Virus record (IMG/VR): IMGVR_UViG_3300037515_000041
Span: 1 to 26,424 of that record
Strand: one strand, 5' to 3'
Length of the DNA stretch: 26,424 nt
Source: a virus
Taxonomy: Duplodnaviria; Caudoviricetes
Part shown: positions 18,548-26,219 of the stretch, one piece after another
How the letters are laid out: the number at the start of each line of letters is the position of its first letter
Numbering within the stretch: the stretch's first letter is position 1
Notes under the pieces: generated by a model
Told to the model about the DNA's origin: nothing
Seen by the model: only the letters and a program-made list of their open reading frames with translations
Databases searched by the model: none
Program-made: the position numbers and the translations under genes

Positions 18548-19365
18548 AGTACAAAGCCGCTTGGTGGCCCCATCTCGGAGTCATTAAAATAGACATCACC
18601 GTATCGGATATAACTATCAGCGGTCGCAGTAGTGTATCCATTTGGGGCACCCGTTCCTTGGATATATGCCGACAAACGAATCACTGTCATGTAATCGCCA
18701 GATTCACTTACTGTGGGGTCAAGTACATCGGTTATTGTCTGCGTGTACAGTGGAGTAGCGCTGTTCCTGTCGTAGACTTTAAACGTGAATCCCACATCAG
18801 GCTCATGAATAAATTCGGCATAGAACCATTCGGAATGTTCTGCGTTTAAGTCAATACCCTCAAATTCTGTTGTTGCCGGATACAACGAACCGCCGTAACC
18901 GATTTTACCCTGAACTGCGGGTGTCAATTGCGACACCCTGTTTAGTAATGTTTTAGAATGAACTGGCGTATCTGTTACATCGCTGATCTGCATCCACCAC
19001 AATTTGTACCGCTGCGTCAGCGGAGCTGCAAAGTTGCTGCCAACGTAGAACGTAAATCCAGCGTACTTTGGATTTACTCCATCTGTAAACGCAAATTCCG
19101 TTGGGATCGGAATGTACAAACCACCATCCAATTCGTTCTGCTCAGATAATTGCGCAACTTTCAGAGCTGCGGAGCCATCCCAACTTCCTGTTTCCTCATA
19201 TGTCGTGAGCGTATGTCTACCAGTGTAAAGCGCCGCGTATCCGTCAATCTCAGGCGTTGTTTGCAAACTAAAATCGTCATGCCACAGCACACCAGCTACT
19301 GGATTAGTTATATCTGGAAACGTGTATATCGGTTTGCACGCGTGTCTTAGTTTTAATCTGCTCAT
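18544..19365 (-). CDS. Beta-rich putative lectin/ConA-like virion surface protein
   Basis: 273 aa, aromatic/Thr-rich, LWHDDFS start, EWFYAEF and YIRYGDVYFNDSEMGP end resembling jelly-roll carbohydrate-binding/lyase-like domains. Confidence 0.5.
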   Translation of the reverse strand: MSRLKLRHACKPIYTFPDITNPVAGVLWHDDFSLQTTPEIDGYAALYTGRHTLTTYEETGSWDGSAALKVAQLSEQNELDGGLYIPIPTEFAFTDGVNPKYAGFTFYVGSNFAAPLTQRYKLWWMQISDVTDTPVHSKTLLNRVSQLTPAVQGKIGYGGSLYPATTEFEGIDLNAEHSEWFYAEFIHEPDVGFTFKVYDRNSATPLYTQTITDVLDPTVSESGDYMTVIRLSAYIQGTGAPNGYTTATADSYIRYGDVYFNDSEMGPPSGFVL

Positions 19366-19380
19366 TAGTTTCTCTTTTGC

Positions 19381-20232
19381 CTAATCTGCCAAGTTCGGCG
19401 CACCTTTAAATCCTGCGCGTGATGCTCTGCCCCATAAAGCTAATTTGTAATCTAATTTATCTGGCACAGAATCAAGCTCAAAAAATGCGGCGTGGTAATG
19501 ATCGGCATTTGAGTAACGACTACATTTACCAAATTCAACAGATGTTTCTGTAAAATCCGGGATTACACCACTAATATCATTAACGGCTGAAGTTGCTATA
19601 GCGTAGTCATCAACTCCGTTGTTATATACGCCTCCATCCTCGTTTAAAACTTTTGCGCTCAACTCTCTAGTAGTACCGTTCCACATCACATACAGAGTTC
19701 GCGGTTCGTCGTCCTGCGGCAAAGTCATAGTAGGGTCAGCGGGCAAATAAATCCACTCGCCCTCTTGCCCTGTGCTTATGTCAAAGCCGACATTAAACGC
19801 TATGTGCATCCCTCCAGATAGTGAGACGGTCAAAACATTTGTGTAGCCTAACGTACCAATTGCTGCTCGCGAACCTGTGTTGCTATATGGAGTTTTAATG
19901 TGTGCGACAAGCAGTAAGATTTTGTCTAAACTGGATGTTACATCCCAATCACATGCCACTGGTCTTGGCTCAGTAGTTGGATTTTGTATGCGTATGGCAT
20001 TTGTAACGTTAAACTCAACATACCCAGCATTCTCCGGTTCGCCTTGACCAAGAACATCAGGGTAGTAAATTGTGGGGTCATAGACTGCGCCTGATATTGA
20101 CTCAATCGGATAACCTACTATCTCGTCAAACTTAAAAAGCATTTTGCATTCGGTTGGGATAAACCCGCTGACGCATTGCTTTTTGTACCTGCCTTGCAAC
20201 GTCAAAGTCTGTTTTGCTTTTGGTTTAATCAC
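19381..20232 (-). CDS. Beta-rich putative LamG/ConA-like protein
   Basis: The track starts at TTG 20241, but GTG at 20232 has an AGAGGT RBS 8 nt upstream and gives MIKPK, parallel to the neighbour's MFIKP. LFKFDE early motif; beta-rich body. Confidence 0.5.
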   Translation of the reverse strand: MIKPKAKQTLTLQGRYKKQCVSGFIPTECKMLFKFDEIVGYPIESISGAVYDPTIYYPDVLGQGEPENAGYVEFNVTNAIRIQNPTTEPRPVACDWDVTSSLDKILLLVAHIKTPYSNTGSRAAIGTLGYTNVLTVSLSGGMHIAFNVGFDISTGQEGEWIYLPADPTMTLPQDDEPRTLYVMWNGTTRELSAKVLNEDGGVYNNGVDDYAIATSAVNDISGVIPDFTETSVEFGKCSRYSNADHYHAAFFELDSVPDKLDYKLALWGRASRAGFKGAPNLAD

Positions 20233-20300
20233 ACCGCCCAACCTCTGTACAATTCACCCGTTTCCATCATTTCGTTTGCGGCATAAAGCAGCTCACCTTT

Positions 20301-20978
20301 CTAGGGATTAGTTGCAAATTTAAGCAAAGCAAATACTTTTGTACGTCTGTCATCTGATGACGCGAAGCCGTTAATTAGCAAGGTATCCGCAAGCGATAAA
20401 GCGGGAAATGCCAAATTAGATGTTGAGTCACCAATAGCCGAATGATTTTCGTCCGCCGTTGCCATAATTCTGACAACTCTATCGGGCGTTGCCACACTGC
20501 CGGCGGCAAAGTCAAAACAGCTAATTTGACAACCAGCCGAATTAGATGCCGCAATCGTTAGCGCCGGTTGTGTGTTAAGCGCACTACCCGCATCTGTTAC
20601 TAAACCCGTACACGTCAACGCGTCTCCTGCCGAATTTTCGCCAACGAGACCAGTGATGCCAACAATTCCGCTACCTGACGTGTTATGCCCAATAGCAACG
20701 AGCGTGTAATAGTATCCAATTTCTATTGGTATTGGCGTGCCGATGCTCTGAGCGATGCCACTCGCCCCTGTATAGTTAACGCCGTCTGCGTCTTTTATAA
20801 ATTCCGCCTGATCTGGTGCAGTGCCGGGAATTAATTGTGCCACACCTAAACGGTCAACCCATGCCGTAGTTTGCCCATCAATAACATCATCCCAATGAAA
20901 GTATAATAATGCGTTCGGAAAATTAACCGCAGCGTTGCTTTCAGGTGCGAGATGGGCGCTATATGGTTTTATAAACAT
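20301..20978 (-). CDS. Beta-rich putative LamG/ConA-like protein, apparently shortened by an in-frame TAG
   Basis: LLYFHWDD...AWVDR start typical of LamG-like virion domains. The frame continues 23 codons past the TAG to a TGA at 20229-20231. Confidence 0.5.
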   Translation of the reverse strand: MFIKPYSAHLAPESNAAVNFPNALLYFHWDDVIDGQTTAWVDRLGVAQLIPGTAPDQAEFIKDADGVNYTGASGIAQSIGTPIPIEIGYYYTLVAIGHNTSGSGIVGITGLVGENSAGDALTCTGLVTDAGSALNTQPALTIAASNSAGCQISCFDFAAGSVATPDRVVRIMATADENHSAIGDSTSNLAFPALSLADTLLINGFASSDDRRTKVFALLKFATNP

Positions 20979-20980
20979 AA

Positions 20981-21781
20981 TTAAGCCTCCACGGCGCTAA
21001 TGCCGATTTGCAACGTAACGCCGGTTAAGTTGTGCGCAAGCGCAATTCGGGAAATTGGGTCTGTCAAACTTATTAGACGGTCGTACGATTCCGGGAGAGA
21101 CACGTTTGTTGCCGTGCCCGCGCCACTGGTGATCAAATTGAATGAGCCAATCTCACCCAAATCTGTTGCATACGCTGATGTAGGGAATGTAGTTGGCAGA
21201 TCAATTTGAGCTTGATTCTGTGTTGCTGCAAGAGAGTAACGCATAATAAGATTACTGGTTTGCGCCAGTGTCAGTGTGCCGGACAGTATTCGCACGCTGT
21301 CTATATGAACAGCTGCGACGGGGTTTGCAAACACCGCCGTTCCTGATACGCCGTCAACTGGCAGCGTGTCGCCGGTGACGTTAATAAATCTTGTACGCGA
21401 TAACCCAGATGGGTTAGCAACGTCGCTAACCAACCCCGCCCCGCCGGACTTTGTGAGTACCCAACCCGTACCCGTCCACATTTCCTCTGTGCCATTTGGG
21501 TAAATAACGGTATATCCGGCATCGCCTAAACCCAAACTTAGCGCAGTAACTAAAGCGTCACGCGCGGTTGAGTCTGCAACTGTTTGGATTGGGGTGGCTG
21601 TGACTAAACCAGCCCCGCCGGTTGTTAGCCGCTTCCAGGAGCCGTCCGCTAGTTGTTTATACTCACTGCCATCAGGTTCTTCCCAGATAACAGTATTGCG
21701 CATATTATCTGGACGAACAGCTAATGCAAGCCGCTCTGCTTGAGACCCTTCATATCTAACCACAGTTGAGCTAACTTGCAT
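20981..21781 (-). CDS. Fibre-like virion protein with duplicated N-terminal module; first gene of the structural operon
   Basis: Two copies of an A.R.AL...TVI...G.E......W....GGAGLV module followed by a T/S-rich beta domain. Confidence 0.5.
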   Translation of the reverse strand: MQVSSTVVRYEGSQAERLALAVRPDNMRNTVIWEEPDGSEYKQLADGSWKRLTTGGAGLVTATPIQTVADSTARDALVTALSLGLGDAGYTVIYPNGTEEMWTGTGWVLTKSGGAGLVSDVANPSGLSRTRFINVTGDTLPVDGVSGTAVFANPVAAVHIDSVRILSGTLTLAQTSNLIMRYSLAATQNQAQIDLPTTFPTSAYATDLGEIGSFNLITSGAGTATNVSLPESYDRLISLTDPISRIALAHNLTGVTLQIGISAVEA

Positions 21782-21892
21782 GCCAGTACCCTATATAAAG
21801 TATTTATAAATCTTATTCTATCACGTTTTTTGTATCTTTTTGCATTAATTTTTGATATAATTTAAAGCTATATAATAAGGAGTAAATTCAAT
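21782..21892. promoter_or_regulatory. Divergent promoter region between the structural and packaging operons
   Basis: Very AT-rich. Extended -10 TGATATAAT on + (21853-21861), second TATAAT at 21871-21876, TGATAGAAT on - (21823-21815), and AAGGAG RBS before 21893. Confidence 0.65.
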
Positions 21893-22075
21893 ATGAGATA
21901 CGGCCAATATAGCTTCAGTGCGCCTCTGAAGAGACAAGACCAAATAGACCTGGGTGAAGAGTATAAAATGCTAGCAATTAAGTCTGGTATACCTTTTAGT
22001 CAGCTAGTATTCCGCGCTATGCGAGATTATAAAGACCAGGGCAAGTTACCGGAGGTGAAGAATGCCAAAGTATAA
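21893..22075 (+). CDS. Ribbon-helix-helix (Arc/CopG-like) DNA-binding protein
   Basis: 60 aa. Alternating beta strand QYSFS, then helix-G-helix (LAIKSGIPFSQLVFRAMRDY). Confidence 0.55.
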   Translation: MRYGQYSFSAPLKRQDQIDLGEEYKMLAIKSGIPFSQLVFRAMRDYKDQGKLPEVKNAKV

Positions 22076-22676
22076 CGATGAACTTAAACTAAAAGCACTC
22101 GGCCTGATCTCACAGGATGTCCCTCTTCGAGAGATTCAGGATAAGCTTGAGGTTACGTATCCGATGTTGTTAAAGTGGCGTAAGGAGTTCGAGGGGCTTA
22201 CTACGGACCAAAGTATAACGTCTCTTATTGAAGCAACGCCAATGTTAGTTAGGTCTGTAGCTAAAGCCTTAGCTGATGAGCTAAATGAAGTACAGGACAA
22301 CGCCGAACATGTATGGAATCCTGAGTTCTTAGACTTGTCAGAGCCTGACGTTGAAGACTCAGCAGTTGAGTGGGAGCCTGTTGAGCAAGCACCAATAGTC
22401 AGAGACATTGACACCTCGGTTGGTGAGTTAGTTGATGGCATAGATGGCTACCAGAAGTTGTCTATTAAGCTCCAGGAGTCAGCGATGCTTATGACTGCTA
22501 AGCTTAACCAGTTAGCTGAGGTAACTAATGGACCAGTAGAGCTTGGCTTACTTATCGAGTCGTTAACTAAGTTACAGCTAAGCTTCTTTAGCAAGAACAT
22601 AACTAATGTTAATGTACTCAACACAGGTGGCGAGTCTGGTGGGAATACTTTCGGTGGCTTCAAGGGGCGTGCATAA
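22062..22676 (+). CDS. terS: Terminase small subunit (putative)
   Basis: N-terminal HTH (KYNDELKLKAL...LREIQDKLEVTYPMLLKWRKE), C-terminal helices, GGAGGT RBS, TAATG-coupled to terL. Confidence 0.65.
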   Translation: MPKYNDELKLKALGLISQDVPLREIQDKLEVTYPMLLKWRKEFEGLTTDQSITSLIEATPMLVRSVAKALADELNEVQDNAEHVWNPEFLDLSEPDVEDSAVEWEPVEQAPIVRDIDTSVGELVDGIDGYQKLSIKLQESAMLMTAKLNQLAEVTNGPVELGLLIESLTKLQLSFFSKNITNVNVLNTGGESGGNTFGGFKGRA

Positions 22677-24268
22677 TGGCCTGGTGTTTATCAATATCTG
22701 AAAAGCGTTTCAATGAGCTTTATCCTGAGATGTTTGAGTATAGGCACATCTTCCGTAATGAGTGGAAGGACGATAAGGACTTTGTAGAGAACTACCTATC
22801 GTCCAAGCTATGGAGGATGAATAACCTCTATACTATCCTGGATAAAGACGGTGACAAGGTGCCTTTCGTGATGAACGCATCTCAGCACAAGGTATATGCA
22901 GCGTCTCTTATCCATCCCAGGCTTATTATATTGAAGTCTAGGCAGCAAGGTATCTCAACCTTCTGGCTTATATACTTTTTCGACTCCGCTGTCACCACAG
23001 GCGATCTTAACCTGGGTTTAATGGCGCAAGGTCTTGACGAAGCAGAGACCTTATTACGGCGTGTTAAATTCGCCTGGCTGGAGTTAAATGATGACATCAA
23101 AGCTTTTTTCGGTATCACTAAGACTAAGGAGAATAGCAAGGAATTCTCTTTCAGTAATAACAGTACTCTGTTTATACGTACTTCTTTCCGGTCAACGACC
23201 TTACAAGGCTTACATATCTCCGAGCTCGGTAAAATTGCCAATAAGACTCCAGAAAGAGCTAAAGAGACCAACACGGGGACGTTGCAGGCTATCGCGGCAG
23301 GGAATCCGGTGGCGATAGAGTCTACCGCTGAGGGAGACAATATGTTCAAGGAGAAGTGGGATTCTGCAGTTGGCCACAGAGGTCCACGAGCTCCTAAAGA
23401 CTTAATGCCAGTCTTCTTGTCTTGGCTTGAAGACCCTGACTGTAAGTTAGATACTCTTCAATCGATGAACGACGATCAGATAGAGTACTTCGAGCGTCTA
23501 GAGTTAGAGCTAGGTTACCGCATACCTCAGAACCGCAAGAACTTCTGGGTCATGCAGTACAGAGAGCTAGGCGATGATATCTACCAGGAGTATCCATCTA
23601 CGCCAGAAGAGGCGTTCGCGGCTACCCGCAATGGCACGTACTATGCTAAGACGTACCGTGAGGAAGTACTTAACAACGGCAGGCGCATAGCTAATCTTTA
23701 TGACCCCGCAATAGGTGTGGACGTCGTGATGGACCTCGGAATGAATGATGACTTCGTGCTAGGCTACTGGCAGGATTACTCAGGGCAAGATAGACTAATT
23801 GGCGAGTATAAGAACTCAGGGGAAGGTTTAGAGCACTACGTTAACCATATCAATGATACTGGCTATGCTATTAACAATGTTTATGTTCCTCATGATATAC
23901 GCGTTAAAGAGCTTGGGACTGGGCGGTCTCGCCTGCACCGTCTGCGAGAGCTTGGTGTTCGCCGCATTACTGTGCTGCCTAGGATTTCTATTATTGATGG
24001 CATTGAAGCAGTGCGTCGAATGATGCCACACTTGTGGATGGACGAGGGGTGTATTTACACACATACTTGTTTCTTAAACTATACTAAAGAATGGGATGAT
24101 AAGCTGCAAGTTTGGAAGGACAAGCCTGTGCATAACGATTACTCACATGGTGCTGATATGGTTAGATACAGAGCTATGAGTAAGAAAGAGTATTACAAAG
24201 CAGGCCAGGGTAAACGTCGTGAACGCAGTGCTAAAAAGAAGCGCACTAAAGGCGCATGCCTTGATTAG
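22676..24268 (+). CDS. terL: Terminase large subunit
   Basis: MNASQ adenine-binding motif, Walker A LKSRQQGIST, Walker B LHISE, ESTA coupling motif, QEYP, RNase H-fold nuclease MDLGMND and HGADMVRY. Confidence 0.95.
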   Translation: MAWCLSISEKRFNELYPEMFEYRHIFRNEWKDDKDFVENYLSSKLWRMNNLYTILDKDGDKVPFVMNASQHKVYAASLIHPRLIILKSRQQGISTFWLIYFFDSAVTTGDLNLGLMAQGLDEAETLLRRVKFAWLELNDDIKAFFGITKTKENSKEFSFSNNSTLFIRTSFRSTTLQGLHISELGKIANKTPERAKETNTGTLQAIAAGNPVAIESTAEGDNMFKEKWDSAVGHRGPRAPKDLMPVFLSWLEDPDCKLDTLQSMNDDQIEYFERLELELGYRIPQNRKNFWVMQYRELGDDIYQEYPSTPEEAFAATRNGTYYAKTYREEVLNNGRRIANLYDPAIGVDVVMDLGMNDDFVLGYWQDYSGQDRLIGEYKNSGEGLEHYVNHINDTGYAINNVYVPHDIRVKELGTGRSRLHRLRELGVRRITVLPRISIIDGIEAVRRMMPHLWMDEGCIYTHTCFLNYTKEWDDKLQVWKDKPVHNDYSHGADMVRYRAMSKKEYYKAGQGKRRERSAKKKRTKGACLD

Positions 24269-24293
24269 TGCATTAAGTGCATTAAGTGCATTA
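24267..24293 (+). repeat. Tandem 9-mer AGTGCATTA x3
   Basis: Three exact copies at 24267, 24276 and 24285, starting in the terL stop codon. Confidence 0.9.
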
Positions 24294-24377
24294 CACTAGC
24301 ATTTTTTCAATTAAATACCCGGAGCTTTACGCGAAGGCGGGGGGCCTTGTCCGATGCCCCCTACCCCGAACAGTTTG

Positions 24378-24471
24378 GTAAACGATTATTATTATCATCC
24401 GCATGGTCCAGGCCTGGTAAACCGTAAACGATTATTATTATTATCATTCGCATGGTCCAGGCCTGGTAAAC
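24378..24471 (+). repeat. Tandem 45/48-bp repeat, each unit with a Fur-box-like sequence and the palindrome CCAGGCCTGG
   Basis: Units 24378-24422 and 24424-24471 differ by one extra ATT and one C/T change. Confidence 0.9.
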
Positions 24472-24515
24472 AATTACATATTAGTATAGCTAATGATTGT
24501 CATAAGAGCGATTGT

Positions 24516-24552
24516 GTGTACTTTATTGATTAATAGTATATAATATATATAT
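24516..24552 (+). promoter_or_regulatory. Early sigma70-type promoter
   Basis: TATAAT at 24539-24544 with GTGTAC 17 nt upstream. Shares TATAATATATATA with the promoter at 25696. Confidence 0.55.
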
Positions 24553-24654
24553 CCTTGAGATATGTTATTTAAAACAACTTAACTAGCACTGTTGACTGTA
24601 TATGTCAATAGTGGCATATACTAAGATACAGTATAAACCAAATAGGTGAATATT

Positions 24655-25119
24655 ATGTCAATCAAAAAAGTATATGTGGAATTAGTAGAACTATTAGAGT
24701 CTAACTCAAATAAAAAAGTTAGCGCAATAATGGATGAGATAAGAGCACTATGTGAGTCTAAAACACAAACAAGCGCTTCTATATATATAGATGATAAGTT
24801 AATCGCTATATTTTGCTATTACCACAAGCAGTGGGAGTTAGTTGATGAAGTTGAATATGGTTCTAAAAAGAGTAGTGCAACTGGGTTGAACACAATGTGC
24901 AAAGTAGGTGTTTCTCAGTGGACTAAACAGCAGAGAATAGCTAAGCAAGAAACTGCTAATATTCTAACTCTCTTGATGGAAGAACGTATTAAACCTACTG
25001 ATATAGAGGGCATGAAAGAAGACATTGAAGCACGTCGCCTTATCATGGATAAAACTGATATGCCAATTGGTTTTGCTAATGCAGAAACTGCATTAGCACA
25101 CTTTAATACAGCTAACTAA
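24655..25119 (+). CDS. Phage hypothetical protein (early, monocistronic), 154 aa
   Basis: ATG 24655 follows an AGGTG RBS (the track starts at GTG 24646). Contains FCYYHKQW and GLNTMCKVG. Flanked by its own promoter and terminator. Confidence 0.75.
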   Translation: MSIKKVYVELVELLESNSNKKVSAIMDEIRALCESKTQTSASIYIDDKLIAIFCYYHKQWELVDEVEYGSKKSSATGLNTMCKVGVSQWTKQQRIAKQETANILTLLMEERIKPTDIEGMKEDIEARRLIMDKTDMPIGFANAETALAHFNTAN

Positions 25120-25124
25120 CCACC

Positions 25125-25156
25125 AGGCCCTGGACGAAAGTTCGGGGCTTTTTTTT
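25125..25156 (+). terminator. Intrinsic terminator
   Basis: GCCCTGGAC-GAAA-GTTCGGGGC stem with GNRA loop, followed by 8 T. Confidence 0.9.
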
Positions 25157-25261
25157 ACCTGTTAGTAATCCCGCGCGCTGGTGCAGCATCCTGTCTCGTA
25201 AGCCTCACAATTTTGTTGGGGTGGAACGACGTTGGCGCAAACTAATGATTACACGGGAGCA

Positions 25262-25623
25262 AATCCAAAAATCCTTTAAAACGAAGTATAAAATTATAAA
25301 ATCCAAAAATCTAGGTTCTCTGTATCTCATATTTATAAATATATATATATATATATATCCAGGGTCGTTATATCGTCGTGTGAACATGGTAAAAATTATC
25401 ACGTCTAGACCGTATAAATATATGAACTTGTAAGTCGAAAAACCGAGGATTATTTATAGGCTTCAAAAACTGTAAGAAAAGCTTACACTGTTAAAAATAA
25501 AGTCTTATAAATCAAAGGCTTGCGACTGGTCAAAATACAACCAAATAATAAACTCTTATAAATCAAGGGCTTAGGACCGCGGATTTTCCCTCCAACCTCG
25601 GCTAAATAATGGATTTTTGGATT
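25262..25623. other. Putative replication origin (iteron-like repeats, AT tract, two IHF sites)
   Basis: AATCCAAAAATC at 25262 and 25300, inverted copy at 25611-25623, (AT)n tract at about 25339-25358, WATCAAnnnnTTR at 25510-25522 and 25561-25573. Confidence 0.55.
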
Positions 25624-25672
25624 CAACCGCACCAGTCATAAGATTCACATACGCCGCAATCTAAATTTTCTA

Positions 25673-25701
25673 TTGTTAATATCCCACCATTGTGATATAA
25701 T
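25673..25701 (+). promoter_or_regulatory. sigma70 promoter with extended -10
   Basis: TTGTTA (25673-25678), 17 nt, TATAAT (25696-25701) preceded by TGn. Confidence 0.75.
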
Positions 25702-25750
25702 ATATATAGTGGTGGCATACTGTCCATCACGATAATCCAAGGAGACAGCA

Positions 25751-26029
25751 ATGACTAAATTTGAGCAGTTCAAACAATCACGCAGGTTCGTACAGAACTT
25801 GCAACAGTTCGAAGATCGCAACGGGTGTTATCCTATTAGCTACCAAGGTGCACAAGGCGGCGGGTTTACATACGCAGCTAGTTACGACGTTGATTTTGTA
25901 TACGTTGAGTGCACACCTGATGGTTACTTCCATGTAATTGCAGGAAACAACGAGATCACTACCAGCTCACTAGATGAAGCTGAGCAGTTCTTATGGGATA
26001 ACTTTGCAGAAGGAGAATATGATGCTTAG
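25751..26029 (+). CDS. Hypothetical early protein, 92 aa
   Basis: AAGGAGA RBS, downstream of the promoter, overlaps the next gene. Confidence 0.75.
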   Translation: MTKFEQFKQSRRFVQNLQQFEDRNGCYPISYQGAQGGGFTYAASYDVDFVYVECTPDGYFHVIAGNNEITTSSLDEAEQFLWDNFAEGEYDA

Positions 26030-26219
26030 CAGAGTATTTGTATGCCTACGAAGCGACCACCCAAGTGTTATGACTATGGAGGAAGCTGAAGCATATTTCG
26101 GCCCAGAACGATTAGCTAAGATTGTGCATAACAAAGACCTATTCTTCTACACCACACCAATGCAAGACCTCACGCTTGACGAGGCCCTAGACCTGGAGTT
26201 CACATTATGCACGATATAA
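26022..26219 (+). CDS. Hypothetical early protein, about 65 aa
   Basis: AGGAG at 26011-26015 favours ATG 26022 (or 26019) over the track start at 25974. Confidence 0.65.
   Translation: MLSRVFVCLRSDHPSVMTMEEAEAYFGPERLAKIVHNKDLFFYTTPMQDLTLDEALDLEFTLCTI

Noticed and set aside
18544-21781. Diversity-generating retroelement targeting the lectin-like genes
   Set aside because: No reverse transcriptase in the window, and I saw no template/variable repeat pair differing at adenines.
22136-24064. Minus-strand and alternate-frame ORFs inside terS/terL
   Set aside because: They fully overlap motif-bearing terminase genes and have no independent support.
2873-24268. Genome-wide TAG reassignment (alternative genetic code)
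   Set aside because: Capsid, portal, TerL and the 1363-aa gene are intact under the standard code. The TAG stops at 2873 and 17219 are part of TAGGAG Shine-Dalgarno sites for the next gene. Only local ambers look odd.
24378-24471. CRISPR mini-array or assembly duplication
   Set aside because: The two units are adjacent with only 1 nt between them, so there is no spacer, and no cas genes are present. The units differ at two places, arguing against a simple assembly echo, though reads should confirm.
25205-25433. ORFs 25205-25402 (-) and 25221-25433 (+)
   Set aside because: They run through the (AT)n tract (IYIYIY) and repeat motifs and lack a convincing RBS. The region is better explained as cis-acting DNA.
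25503-25573. dif/Xer or attP site
   Set aside because: No integrase in the window and no 11-6-11 XerC/XerD arrangement. The repeats fit the IHF consensus better.
24270-25750. tRNA or other known structured RNA gene
   Set aside because: No cloverleaf or T-loop consensus recognised in the non-coding gaps.
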